This document shows, in pieces, positions 1 to 13,973 of a stretch of DNA of 64,000 nucleotides. The notes below the pieces were generated by a model, which was not told where the DNA came from, made no database searches, and worked only from the letters and a program-made list of their open reading frames with translations. The DNA lies in the NCBI GenBank assembly GCA_951406725.2, contig OX597836.1, forward strand, positions 45,446,001 through 45,510,000, in the 5' to 3' direction. Numbering within the stretch: the first letter of the stretch is position 1; every line of letters starts with the position of its first letter. Both the position numbers and the translations under genes were made by a program. This DNA is from Octopus vulgaris. Its lineage: Eukaryota.

Positions 1-900
1 TATACATATATATATATACATAAGCTGAAGGTGCATAGCTACACTAACATGATCTTAAATTTTTTTCTTTCTTCTAATAAATTCGATATCAGTGACTGTA
101 TATTTGTATATGCATACATAACACACAAACTTACATGTGTGCACACAAACTTTTTACACCCGCTTGAGGGAATATATATACATATATATATATTTATATA
201 TATATATTGAAAACGGAATAAGATTAATTCCTCTTTTGCTCTTCCCATTTAATCTTCTTGTTAAACATTCATAACCGAGAAACTATTTTATTTCTTTTAT
301 TTTTATTGCAAAAATCAAAAAAAAAAAAAAATTAATATTCTAACATGATTAATTTGCATTTTATGGACTTAAAGCGTTCCATCTTCATAACCCGTCGACG
401 CATTTCGATTTTCGCAACTCTTTCTCCAGAACACTTGCGGGAATCATATATAAAGGAATAAAAAAACTATTTCTATATCAATACTGTGTTTAGCTGCCAA
501 AAAAAAAAAAAAAAAATGGAAGAAAAAACAAAGAAAAAAAGCAAGCAATATGGAAGATTAGGAAGAAACTTAAGTTTTCTGTTGCTTGAAGTATATGAAT
601 CGTATAATCAAGATGACGGGAAAAACAGTTTCACCTTTGATCTGAATCAGGTTTTTCTTTTACTTTTGAAATGTTTATTGGTTTGTTAAGCACGAGGGAT
701 TTGCCGTTGGATGACGACGGGGCTAATGCATGCACGACAGACAAATGTTCCCACATGGGTTGAATAGTAAAAAAAAAAGCAACACGAAGATTTTCCATTG
801 AGGGGAAAAGAAACTTCGTTTGATATATATATATATATACATTATTTTGTCTGTAGTTTCAGCTCAGAGCTGCGGCCATGCTGATGCACCGCCGTTTAAT

Positions 901-981
<81 letters not shown>

Positions 982-985
<4 letters not shown>

Positions 986-1410
986 CAAATAAGAAAATGG
1001 AGAAACAAATTTAGTTTGTTCAACTTAACTTTCACATATTATAATGTTGGATTATTTATTCATTTAACAAAATGAGAACATCAATAGCATACATATGACC
1101 TCGTGTGTACCGTTGGCGATTTTTTTCCTCCGTCTTCCCTTCTCTAGATATTTCCTTTTCCTTGTTTCTGACGAAGAGCTCCGCTCGAAACGTTAAACCC
1201 TCCTTCTTCCCTTCCTTCCTGAGCGTCCAATAACACTATATTTGTTCCACGTCCTCGCGTTGTTGTGTTTTCTCTTTGTGTTTTCATGCTTGGATTAACT
1301 ATCTTATAATTCAATACATATAAGATAAGAATACAAATTATAAAAGTCATAATATAAATTATTGAAATCATTAAAATCACTTCTTACAGCTGTTTCAGCC
1401 CATGGCTAAA
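982..1410 (-). mobile_element. PLE-type 3' terminal fragment abutting (TA)n, interrupted by a second HHR cassette (about 1099-1300)
   Basis: Starts AATACAAATAAGAAAATGGAGAAACAAAT, as at 40577 and similar to 13769 and 29396. Carries only the 3' half of an HHR (reverse complement GAAACAGCTGTAAG) at 1383-1396. Confidence 0.6.
1164..1198 (+). ncRNA. Minimal type I hammerhead ribozyme motif
   Basis: GTTT-CTGACGA-A-GAGC-TCC-GCTC-GAAA-CGTT-AAAC. Helix I is GTTT/AAAC, helix II is GAGC/GCTC and helix III is the palindrome AACGTT. Confidence 0.8.
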
Positions 1411-1788
1411 AGTAGATAATTTTATTTTCATTGCCTATAAAATTATCTACACCTGTTGTAAATGTTATTTGTATTTGTAATTGTGTACAATTTCTCCGTT
1501 TTTTTCCCGTCCGTTTTTTCGTCCTTGTTTTCGTATACATTCGCTTGCTTTCTTCCAAGGAGTCTAGTGCTCATAGCTTTGATTTACTTTGGGCCGGCCA
1601 GATTGGAGCAGTCTCGAATGTAACCGGCTGAAACTGCTAAGATGATCTGGAACTCGACTGAGGATAAGAAGCTCCGAATGACCCGACATTGTTTTTCCTG
1701 TCTTTTTTTGTATCGTCTGTCCGGACGTTTTGTCGCCTGTTACGTTCTTGTTTCATATTTTGCTTTCTTTATACATACATACATAGAA

Positions 1789-1854
<66 letters not shown>

Positions 1855-2174
1855 GTTATATATATATATATACAGAGTAGAAACAATGGATACGGAAGAT
1901 TATATCGGAAACTTTATTAAATAAAAATTCCAGTATACTCTATCTTCTAAATCCATTGGTTCTACTATACTCAACGTGTACTGAGGAATTCCTAATGTAG
2001 ATCCAGCGACGACTGTGCAATTACTGTGGATGACGCCAAGTAGCCATAGGCAGTGAACGTGCTTTATCAGCATACCCCTAGGGACATACCCAACACGTAA
2101 ATTTAGAATTTTAAGTTTAAACTTAAATTACATACACACAGACACACACACACACACACACTCACACACACAAA

Positions 2175-2426
<252 letters not shown>

Positions 2427-2680
2427 ACACGTACGTTGCTTTATATCGAAAAAAGTGAGAAAAGAGCGCCCAATACATTTTGAAGAGGATGGATGAAAAC
2501 TGTATATATATAATTGTGCGTGTGTGCGTATATGTATATATAGACATATATATGTATGTATGTGTATATATATATAAACAACTGGCACCGGTTTAGAGTA
2601 TACCATTTATACACTTAAACATAAATGTTGAGTTGTTACAATAGAATCGATTACAAGAAAAAAGAAGGTGTGAAAATAAC

Positions 2681-2841
2681 CTCTTACACCTGTTTCAAGA
2701 ACAGATGTGCATATGATGCATTTCTGTGCAAACGAAGATAAACTATCCATATAGCTGCAGTCGATTCCATATTCGGAGAGAAAATAAGGTAGATCTTTAG
2801 TAGCAAACATTTTAGTAGTGATCAGTTCCATCGTCGGAGAG
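2681..2841 (-). ncRNA. HHR motif with U4C core and about 135-nt helix-II insert
   Basis: Reverse complement reads CTCT-CCGACGA-[about 135 nt]-GAAACAGGTGTA-AGAG, with helix I CTCT/AGAG. A diverged inverted copy lies at 2841-2975. Confidence 0.55.
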
Positions 2842-3297
2842 TACTAAAATTCTCTACATAGGATCTACCTAATTTTCTCTCCAAACATGAAATAGATTGC
2901 GACTATGTGGATCGCTTATCTCTGTTTGCGGGGAAACGTACCCTATAGGCATCTATTCTTGAAACAGCTGTAGGAGACTGTAGGAGACTGTCTGCAAACT
3001 TTGCTCCCTTTTCCTTGTGATCTAATCTGCTGTAACAACTCAGCAATTATGTTAAAGTATTTGAATGTCGTAATCTAAACCGATACCAGTCATTCGTACA
3101 CTTACTTTCATTCTGCTGTATACGTATCTGCTCAGTGATAGCTGCACATAGCGATTCATTGCTAAGCAGTTATAACAACATTGCTTTTTGTTTTAGTCGC
3201 TGTTCAAGTCGGAATTTTTGGTGGTAAATTAACGTGAGCTCTAATTGTACCTATTCTTGCTCTCACTCTGTCTCTCACTCCCTCTCTCTGTCATATA

Positions 3298-3876
3298 TAC
3301 TCTTTTTACTCTTTTTATAAGGTTGTCCCAAAAGTTCGTAGAAAGTCTTGAAAAATAATGGTCTTTATTTTGAGGAATAATTTTTGTTGTTTTTGTTAGT
3401 ACTTGGCGAGTAAAAATTCAATTTTCGCAAGTGTTTACGAACTTTTGGGACAACCTAATACTCGTTTCAGTCATCTGACTGCGGCCATGCTGGAGCACCG
3501 CCTTTAGTCGAGCAAATCGACCCCGGGACTTATTCTTTGTAAGCCCAGTACTTATTCTATCGGTCTCTTTTGCCGAACCGCTAAGTGACGGCGACATAAA
3601 CACACCACCATCGGTTGTCAAGCGATGTTGGGAATCGCTTGACAACCGATGGGGTTGTCAAGGGGACAAACACAGACACACATACACACACACACACATA
3701 TATATATACATATATACAACGGGCTTCTTTCAGTTTCCGTCTACCAAACCCACTCACAAGGCTTTGGTCGGCCCGAGGCTATAGCAGAAGACACTTGCCC
3801 AAGATGCTACGCAGTGGGACTGAACCCGGAACCATGTGGTTGGTAAGCAAGCTACTTACCACACAGCCACTCCTGC
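3298..3876 (-). mobile_element. SINE family A copy with a nested MITE and an internal fold-back
   Basis: Matches the family A consensus: head GGAGTGGCTGTGTGG...GGTTCAGTCC and tail GCATGGCCGCAGTCAAATGACTGAAAC. Confidence 0.9.
3318..3458. mobile_element. Mariner-type MITE
   Basis: Terminal inverted repeats AGGTTGTCCCAAAAGTTCGTA / TACGAACTTTTGGGACAACCT with TA on both flanks. Non-coding, inserted in a SINE tail. Confidence 0.85.
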
Positions 3877-3885
3877 ACCTTTGCT

Positions 3886-3923
<38 letters not shown>

Positions 3924-3928
<5 letters not shown>

Positions 3929-4503
3929 GCTTAGTAAAATAAATTACTTTGCCACATACTGAACTCATTAGAAATAGCAGCTAAAGAAATTTCTTCAGCT
4001 ATTTCTAATACTTAAAGAAGATCTCTCTCAGATAGTGTTTGCCTAAACCAACTCACAAAGGTATGGGGGAAAAAACATTAAAAAATCAAGTGCAAAGGTT
4101 ATTTGAGAACGTACGTTTCTAGATTAGTCAATTCGACATTTCTTTCGTCAGCTCAGAATTCCTTGAATCGGATTTGGGAACACTGAAAGTTGGGAGCATA
4201 CCCTTTCGGCTTCTTATCACCTCTAGAATTCTGCTCGAACTAAAAGTGCTATCAAATTCGAATATGCAAGCGAAGAATTTCTGCTCTCCCCTTTCCACCA
4301 GCGTGGGTTAAAATTGACAAACACCATGTATTAACGGTGAAAACCGCAACATTTAACAGAGAGAGATGAATTATAATTTCAACAATTGAGGGTAAAATTA
4401 ATTAATTATTAATCAATTTCACCAAGTATTCAGTATGTAAAGGGACCATTTTAGGCGAATTCAAAATATTACATTATATATAAGGGCTTAGTAAAATAAA
4501 TTA
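3924..4503 (-). mobile_element. PLE-like terminal cassette in (TA)n with a 23-bp terminal direct repeat
   Basis: TAAGGGCTTAGTAAAATAAATTA at about 3924 and 4481, internal HHR, (TA)n on both flanks. Confidence 0.6.
4104..4155 (-). ncRNA. Type I HHR motif
   Basis: Reverse complement reads TGAG-CTGACGA-AAGAAATGTCGAATTGACTAATCTA-GAAAC-GTAC-GTT-CTCA, with helix I TGAG/CTCA. Confidence 0.7.
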
Positions 4504-4548
4504 TATATGTATGTATATATATATATATATATATATATACATACATAT

Positions 4549-4714
4549 ATACGACGGGCTTCTTTCAGTTTCCGTCTACCAAACCGACTCACAAGGCTTT
4601 GGTCGGCCCGAGGCTATACTAGAAGACACTTGACCAAGATGCCACGCAGTGGGACTGAACCCGGAACCATGTGGTTGGTAAGCAAGCTACTTACCACACA
4701 GCCACTCCTGCGCC
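4549..4714 (-). mobile_element. SINE family A, 5' half
   Basis: Head region identical to other copies. Confidence 0.9.
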
Positions 4715-5124
4715 TATATATATATGCATTGACATTTAAATGATTCCATAGCTTCGAATTTGGTGAATATCATCAGCAGAAGCATAAAGCACTACAATGC
4801 CAGAGAAAACTGGTCATGAGTCCAGTATAGAATACTGCGATGTCAGAAAGTACACGTACGTCGTAAATATAAGAGTCACCGACTCCTGGAGCAACATCTA
4901 TACCAACATCAGCACCAATACCAATATCAGACACAACTCTAAACATCATTTGCTATGACTCAATGACAAAAGAAGATGAAGATAACCGATGGAAGCAGCT
5001 GCGGTTAGTTTTATATACGCGTTTCCACCTCCCAGTTTAATCAAAGCAAGATGAATTAAAGCTTTAAAATTCTATATAAAATGTAAGAAAAAGAAAAAAA
5101 TGAATATAAAAAAATAAATAAGTA

Positions 5125-5540
5125 GGCGCAGGAGTGGCTGTGTGGTAAGTAGCTTGCTTACCAACCACATGGGTCCGGGTTCAGTCCCACTGCATGGCAC
5201 CTTCGGCAAGTGTCTTCTACTATAGCCTCAGGCCAACCAAAGCCTTGTGAGTGGATTTAGTAGACGGAAACTGAAAGAAGCCTGTCGTATATATGTATAT
5301 ATATATATGTGTGTGTGTGTGCGTGTGTGTTTGTGTGTCTGTGTTTGTCCCCCTAGCATTGCTTGACAACCGATGCTGGTGTGTTTATGTCCCCGTCACT
5401 TAGCGGTTCGGCAAAAGAGACCGATAGAATAAGTACTGGGCTTACAAAGAATAAGTCCCGGGGTCGATTTGCTCGATTAAAGGCGGTGCTCCAGCATAGC
5501 CGCAGTCAAATGACTGAAACAAGTAAAAGAGTAAAAGAGT
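5125..5540 (+). mobile_element. SINE family A, full length (tRNA-derived head, internal (TA/TG)n, LINE-like tail)
   Basis: A-box-like TGGCTGTGTGG, B-box-like GGTTCAGTCC and a (GTAAAAGA)n tail. More than 20 copies occur in the window. Confidence 0.92.
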
Positions 5541-5925
5541 ATAAGAATTGCGAAAAACGGAAAATTTAGAATAAATGATAATTCATTTGGAATAAATTTA
5601 GCATAAATGACGAAATATATTTTATGTAATAAAGTAACAGATTTGATAAATTAATTAGACAATAAACATTTTGTGTAAATTAGAAAATTGCTTTAACACA
5701 TTTATCGTTACAACAGGTGTTGAAATTTGGTCGTCTTAACGAAATTTTTAATTGCCGATTATTACCATTCGTAAAAAATTCAGCAATTGGCAACGAGTAC
5801 TGAATCGATCTCCGATGTAGAACGTAGGTTAATACGTGCGAATGAATGTTTCAGCTGGTATTTGTGAATATGCCGTGGGTGAATTTCATTTGCAAGACAA
5901 AGTAGTTACTTCGATTTTATTACGT

Positions 5926-6782
5926 ATGTCAGTTGATACCATCTCTGGCAAGGGCTTTGAAATAAAACCTAGAAGAAGTTCCAGACACCCAGCTGAATAC
6001 TTAACAGACACTGACTTTGCTGACGACATCGCTCTTATCAGTGATTCTCTTTCCAATGCCCAGTCTCTTTTACAATCTCTTGACCAAGCCTCAAATTGTG
6101 TAGGTCTTTACCTCAATGAGGCCAAGACTGAATACATAAACAAGTGCCTATCCAACAGTGATTGCATCATCCATACTCTCAACAATGCGCCCTTAAATAT
6201 GATTTCTGATTACAAATATCTTGGGTCATACATATCATCATCCGAAAAAGATTTTCTAACTAGAAAGGGTATGGCCTGGTCAGCCTGTAATGATATGCAT
6301 AAGATCTGGTCATCAAATCTAAGTAGAGACTTCAAACTTAAAATCTTCAAAGCCATAGTCGAACCAATTCTATTATATGGCTCAGAAACGTGGACGTTAT
6401 CAAAGAAGCTTGAGAGGCGGTTGGATGGAACTTACACTCGCCTCCTTATGAGAGCTCAAAATCTCTCGTGGAAGCGTCATCCAACCAAAATGCAAATATA
6501 TGGAAAATTACTACCTGTGTCATCTCTTGTGAAAGGTAGGAGAGTCCAGTTTGCTGGACATTGTTGTAGAGCTGAAAACGAGGCAATTTCTACTCTTCTC
6601 CTCTGGAAGCCATCTACTCGCAATACCAGAGGGCGCACACTCTCCTACCCTGATGTAATCTCCAGGCATACAGGCATCCAGTAACAGGACCTCCGTAATG
6701 CTATGATGGGCTGTGAAGTCTGGCGTAGCATGGTAAATTCCATTGTCTCGACCACAGTCGAACAATGATGATGATGATGATG
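5926..6782 (+). mobile_element. 5'-truncated RTE-group LINE with open RT C-terminal ORF (to 6684)
   Basis: Motifs DFADDIAL, YKYLGS and PILLYGSETWTL; (ATG)n tail; 10-bp target-site duplication (TSD) TTTATTACGT at 5916-5925 and 6783-6792. Confidence 0.9.
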
Positions 6783-7296
6783 TTTATTACGTTACATTTT
6801 GTGCACGGGTGGCGTTCTGTTTCCACACAGAAGCCATTTTAATTTTCTCACACCGTATACATAAGTGAAGGTGTTTTGTGAAGCAATTTTAGATAAATAT
6901 ATGCTGGCTTTTATATAATGCAGCTTATTCTAGCTGCATTATATTAAAGCCAGCATATATTTGTGAGACAGGCTTTACATTATGCATGGACCAGTATTGC
7001 ATTTTAAGTTTATCATGTAAGCAGTCGTCGTGAATCCAGCAGCATTCCTTTATTTTCTCTTGTATCTCATATTACTTTTTCTTCTCTTTGATAAAGTTAT
7101 AACCCCAAACATTAATTTCTTCTCGGTTTCTTTCATTAGCATATTACTTTCCAGTGCACATATTCTTCCTGTTCTGTTGATCCGTTTCATATTTCTACGC
7201 ATTTTAGTTACATGTCTTCGTTTGCCTGAAGTCAAATATAATTTGTTTATTTATCTTTTCCCTCCCTCATAATTCCACTGGTTTTATTTGTTATTT

Positions 7297-7570
<274 letters not shown>

Positions 7571-7638
7571 GTTTCTTTATTTCTACTTTTCTTCCATTTT
7601 ATTATTTCTCTTTCTGTTTATATTAAGTGTTTATTTCT

Positions 7639-7696
<58 letters not shown>

Positions 7697-8409
7697 TATA
7701 TATATGTTATATATATATATGTGTGTGTGTATGTCATGACGAGATGATAAAGAAAGAGAGAAGCGCCTAAAGAAAAACGAAGGCAAAAGAAAGCTAAAAA
7801 ACTTCGTCAATATATATATATGTATATCAATGTCTTAAGGTATATTTTTCAAAGTTTATGAGTAAAAGGAATAGAAGTGGAACACACAATGGAAATACAT
7901 GTGTAAAGGGAGGGAGGGAAAGAATGCAACAGACACGCGGAAGAACATTCGTTATCATATTTGGGAAATATTAAAAAGGAGTAGAATTATTATTTACGTA
8001 ACTTTTGACAAGTATGAAATGGTGAACAGGAGTAGAAAGACCTTTAGGAAACCTCCTTCAGTGCGCAGGGAAGCAATGTAAAACTTTCATATCATTGTTA
8101 TTGATTCTAGAAGTTTTATTGTTAACGTTGGAGCGGAGCTATACAGATGAAAGCAACACAAGAGAATATGACAATCTACTCTGAATACAATAACCGTAAA
8201 GCAGGATATAAATAGAACAGAATAGAAATATTCTAAATAACAGTAAAACCAAATCAGCAAAGGGTAATATGAAAGGAAGTTCTTCCCTGCAAGTGAAGGC
8301 CTTATTGTAAGGGTTTTTACAGAGATTCATCAAAGACATTGTATGACAAATTAATATTTAATAATATCACCATAAATCTACACGTTCCAGAGCAGGTGTA
8401 TAGTCGTAC

Positions 8410-8780
8410 ATCATCAAACCCGGTACATGATTAGTTTTTATTTTAACCCCCCCCCCAGAAGGGTAAAAATCAAAGTAGATTTCGGAGGAATTTGAACTCA
8501 AAACTTAAATGAAAGTAACTAAGTACTGTATAACATTTCGTTCGGTGTTCCACCCTAAGTGATAACTAAATATTTTTTTCTAATACAGACACAAGGCTTC
8601 GTATTTCGGGAAGAAGTGTCTCGTCTCGATTTAATGAAACCCTTGTACATTACTGGTATTTGTTGAATCGATCTGCGATGTAGCAAAATTAAAACTGATT
8701 TCGGAGAAATTCGGACCAAGACTGTAAAGAGGTACCTAAGCACTCTATGATATTTGTTGGATGCTCTACCGATTCTTCCA
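8410..8780 (-). mobile_element. Two degenerate SINE family B copies
   Basis: Residual similarity, for example AAAGTAGATTTCGGAGGAATTTGAACTCA. Confidence 0.55.
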
Positions 8781-10128
8781 TATCATCATCCTCAACTGAT
8801 CACATGACAAGCAAATGAGATTCACCATAAACATTGACATATCCTTTAATTCCTTAGAACATTGGTCCTTTTAACTGCATTTAACCTCAACGAAGAGTTT
8901 AACTTCATCTGTCAGTTCAATTATGTGATTCAACCTTTGCTCTTTACTCAGTTACCGACCCCATAATGGTTCTCATTTCTCTTCCAGCTTCTTTTAGTTT
9001 TTCGATCCGTTCCTTTATTTCTATGACGGTAATTGCATTTTGCTTTTGATTTCATTACGTTCTTCTTTTCCCGGAGAAAGTTCACTCAAGTTTTATTGAT
9101 AAATTAGACCCCAACGCCTTATGTAAGCGTTAGAAACATTACTGATGTTTTTACACAAGTGCTAACATAGACGGTCAGCCGTCCTCAAATACGCGTCTTA
9201 TTTTTTCAAGAGTTAAATCAAAATTACCTTTTGTTGATTTAACCCAAGAAAGAAAAACAAAAGAAGCAAATTTATATCTATGAGTCCCATGTATTGACCT
9301 GAATGCAAATAAGAGATGTCCTATCGTAAAGTGTAGTGTAATTCCGAATCGAAATATTGATTGTTTCACTTGTCTATGTCCATCGATCGAGTCACAATTC
9401 TGTTGCTCTTTGTTTCAAAAATATTACTAACTCTTTCGTAACTGTTTTTTCTATTTGCAACTCCCGTCTTTTTGTTACTTTGATCAGCCGACTTGGTTAG
9501 ACAGTACAATATTGACGAGGCCTAACAGACCGAATCATGTCCATAATTGCCCTCCATACCTGAAAACAAAGCGTAGACTTTCATTCCGTTAAACATGTGA
9601 ATCAACTTCGAAAGATTAATTCTCAACATTTTAAAATTATCTCACCTTTTCTCTGAGTGTTGCCTAGAACCACCAGGTGTTTGGCTTCCTTCTCTAATTA
9701 AGTGTATAAGTGGGAATTAATTAAGAACGTTTTGCACAAGGCATTCAGTTCATCAGTTCTTAACTTATAGGTTATCGAGTACCGAGTCGTTTATACAGCC
9801 AGAAACTGTCTTCTATAAGAAATTAAAATTCACGAAACACCCGCCATCTACAGGTAAGGTTTCTGTCTTAGTGAAGAGTTCGTTCCCTTCTCAACTTACA
9901 TCATGGCGCAGTATTTTCATTAAGATGAGTGTTTAAAATTACATCACTGTTTGCCTAAATATTAAAATAATTCAAGCGTGTCTATTTTTGCCTCGAGTCT
10001 CTTCCCACTCGGCTAAAAGATAACAAAAACACAAAACAAAACCTGTTGAATCATCCTCAGTGTCTTCTATCTTCCTCGCATTTGATCAAATTGTTGCGTT
10101 ATAGATTCTACTTATACAATCCATAACC

Positions 10129-10360
10129 TATTTCTTTACTACCCACAAGGGGCTAAACACAGAGGGGACAAACAAGGACAGACAAACGGATCAAGTCGAT
10201 TATATCGACCCCAGTGCGTAACTGGTACTTATTTAATCGACCCCGAAAGGATGAAAGGCAAAGTCGACCTCGGCAGAATTTGAACTCAGAATGTAGCGGC
10301 AGACGAAATACCGCTAAGCATTTCGCCCGGCGTGCTAACGTTTCTGCCAGCTCGCCACCT
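10129..10360 (-). mobile_element. SINE family B, full length
   Basis: Head GGCGAGCTGGCAGAA...GAGTTCAAATTC; central GCCTTTCATCCTTTCGGGGTCGAT domain; 14-bp TSD TACAATCCATAACC at 10115 and 10361. Confidence 0.9.
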
Positions 10361-10558
10361 TACAATCCATAACCAAATCCTTATAAACGGCAGGCAGTGC
10401 TGTAGCATGGCCCCAGCCTTGGGGCCAGAGCACAAAAGAATAAAGGAATAAAATACGACAAAGATTTTTTCCCTTTAATTTAATGGTAAAATAATTCAGT
10501 TTACTTTTGTTATATTCAACAAATAACTCTGAATGAGAGTTTTCTTTTTATCGTATAA

Positions 10559-11020
10559 AGTGGAGAGCTGGCAGAATCGTTAGCACGCCGGGCAATATGG
10601 TTAGCAGTATTTCGTCTGTCGTTACGCTCTGAGTTCAAATTCCACCGAGTTTGACTTTGCCTTTAATCCTTTCGGAATCGATAAATTAAGTACCAGTCAA
10701 GTACTGGGGTCGATGTGACCGATTATCCCCCTCCTCTCAAATTCCAGGCTTTGTGACTATAGTAGAAAGGATTATTAGCCTTATCGTATAAGGCGGTGAG
10801 CTGGCAGAATCGTTAGCGCATGCTGGGTAAAATGCTCAGCGGAATTTCGTTCGTCTTTACGTTCTGAGTTCAAATTCCGCCGAGGTCGTCTTTGCATTTC
10901 ATCCTTTCGGGGTCGATAAAATGAGTACTAGATGAGTATTGGGGGTCGATGTAATCGATTAGCTCCTCCAAGCAAAATTTCAGACCTTGTGCCTATAATA
11001 GAAAGGATTATTAGCCTTAC
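10559..11020 (+). mobile_element. Two adjacent SINE family B variants with an alternative tail (GAAAGGATTATTAGCCTTA)
   Basis: Two heads at about 10560 and 10792. TTATCGTATAA is duplicated at 10548 and 10781. Confidence 0.85.
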
Positions 11021-11025
11021 TGTGA

Positions 11026-11331
11026 AGGCGCGTGGCTCAGTGGTTAGGTTATTCGGTTGTTAGTTCAATTCCAGGCGATGCGTTGACTCCTTGAGCAAGA
11101 CATTTTATTTCACGTTGCTCCAGTTCACTCAGCTGGCAAAAATAAGTCGTACCCGTATTTTAAAGGGGTCAACCATATCACATTCTGTGTCACGCTGAAT
11201 CTCCCTGAGAACTATGTTAAAGAGTACGCGTGCCTGTGGAGTGCTTAGCCACTTGCACGTTAATTTCACGAGCAGGCTGTTCCGTTGGTCGGATCAACTG
11301 GAAACCTCGTCGTCGTAACCGACGGAGTGCC
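11026..11331 (+). mobile_element. SINE family D
   Basis: tRNA-like head GGCGCGTGGCTCAGTGGTTAG, internal TCCTTGAGCAAGAC and tail CGTCGTCGTAACCGACGGAGTG. Homologous to copies at 35988 and 44196. Confidence 0.85.
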
Positions 11332-11500
11332 AATATTAGTCTTACCAACTTTCTAATAATTGATTTGCAATCTTTTATAAAAGTGGGCGGTTAAAGCGCT
11401 GTTGCAAGCAATGACATTTTAATTAGTAAGATGTGTATGCTTCGATACAAAATTAATGTAGCATCGTTATCAGCTAAAACCCTCGCGTGAGTGCATTTAT

Positions 11501-12186
<686 letters not shown>

Positions 12187-12315
12187 TAAAAGGAATTCCA
12201 ACCTTGTCTGATTTTCACGGATTATTTACAATCTTATAATGATATAATATAAGATAATATAATATAATAGAATAAAATAAAATAAAATAGTAGAATGTTA
12301 AATGTTCATTCTGAT

Positions 12316-12360
12316 TGAACTAGTACTTTCATGCATTAAATTATGCAATCTTCAGGTTCA
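12316..12360 (-). ncRNA. Type I HHR motif
   Basis: Reverse complement reads TGAAC-CTGAAGA-T-TGCAT-AATTTA-ATGCA-T-GAAA-GTAC-TA-GTTCA, with 5-bp helices I and II. Confidence 0.85.
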
Positions 12361-12653
12361 TGTAGTTGTGGTGACAGTCATGCTTCACAATTTTTGACTG
12401 TAGCGAGATGGTTAAATCTGTGCCTTAAATACACATGTGTGGGCTCCAGATTGCTAGGTTTTGCAAACTGTATTCTGACCAATCAGTGTGTAGCATCACT
12501 CAATTACTTAAGCTGATTGGTTTGTTTAGGCGTCACGCTTTGTTGATCATGTCAAGAGTCCTGTATCTTAACCCTGGCCGAGACAGCACTTGTTGGGCTA
12601 TTTTTAGAAATGTTGTAAATAGCCTATATATTCTTCTATACACAATCACTTAG

Positions 12654-12795
12654 CGTCACTTAGCGGTTCGGCAAAAGAGACCGATAGAATAAGTACTGGG
12701 CTTACAAAGAATAAGTCCCGGGGTCGAGTTGCTCGATTAAAGGCGGTGCTCCAGCATGGCCGCAGTCAAATGACTGAAACAAGTAAAGAGAGAGA
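12654..12795 (+). mobile_element. SINE family A, 3' half
   Basis: Matches the family A tail. Confidence 0.88.
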
Positions 12796-13332
12796 ATCAC
12801 ACATACCCGTATATATATATATATATAATATTAGGGAGTATGGCTCCAAACGTACAGGGAAAAATTAGATTTAGTATTAAATCAAATTTCACAGTATAAA
12901 TATATAAAATATGAATTAGAGATGAAACCACTATTAGGCAACTCAAACAGTTGCCTAATAGTGGTTTTATCTAATAATAGTTTAATTATAATAATAGTTT
13001 AATTATAGCCATGAAACGTACGTAGTGTTTTTACTTCTAATATTAAATTTATCCTTTTTATACTTTTTGGAAAAAAAATTATATATATATATGTATATGA
13101 ATAATATATGGCGTGTACTGGTACACCGGCGATTATAATTAATTTTATTGTATCGCATTTAACTTTGTTTACATATTCTCTCGATAAATTTCTGAGCGTT
13201 AGACGATATACCACAATCCCCTATTTTGTCGGGTATGTTCTGAGTCTGCGCAGTGTTTTGAATAGTTTAGAAAGAGCATTTCAATAGACGCACATGGGTC
13301 TATTAATATGGTCTTCCCATGATTAACAGGGA

Positions 13333-13405
13333 TCTTACTGAAGAGCCAGCCTGAGTAAATAAATATTATTTTTATTACTGAATTTGGCGAAACTGCAGTA
13401 TAAGA
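13333..13405 (+). ncRNA. Type I HHR motif with extended helix II
   Basis: TCTTA-CTGAAGA-GCCA-[36 nt]-TGGC-GAAA-CTGCAG-TA-TAAGA. It lies between about 80-bp direct repeats at 13095 and 13499. Confidence 0.85.
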
Positions 13406-13568
13406 AAAGCTAAGTTTGTAAAAGTTTTTAATTTTCATCTCACTAAATTTATCCAGCTTTTGTGTATCTAGTGCACACTTCGCCTTGAATGTAATTTATA
13501 TATGAATAATATATGGCGTGTACTGGTACACCGGCGATTATAATTAATTTTATTGTATCGCATTTAAC

Positions 13569-13630
<62 letters not shown>

Positions 13631-13727
13631 TAATCATATTTATATTTATATTATTTGTTATTTATATATTGGTTTATGTCTATCACTGTTTGAGTTGCAT
13701 AATAGTGGTTTTATCTCTAATTCATAT

Positions 13728-13769
<42 letters not shown>

Positions 13770-13973
13770 CAGCAATAAGAAAATAGAGGGGATCAAGAGG
13801 TAATATTCATCAACTTTTACATATTATATTATGTCTATTTATTTATTTTAAAAAACCCATTATAACAATATACATACATGTATAACATCTGATTTACATA
13901 TATAAAATATAAAATATAAAAATACCAGTAATTATAAAAATATATAACGTAGAACATAGGAAGTAGAATAGTA

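Noticed and set aside
330-545. Strong-looking minus-strand splice acceptor at about 494
   Set aside because: All three frames stop soon afterwards and there is no recognisable protein. It may be only a poly-A/T tract.
9512-9545. TTGACGA-GGCC-TAACA-GACC-GAAT-CATGTC
   Set aside because: It is HHR-like but has several core and stem mismatches, so it cannot be distinguished from chance.
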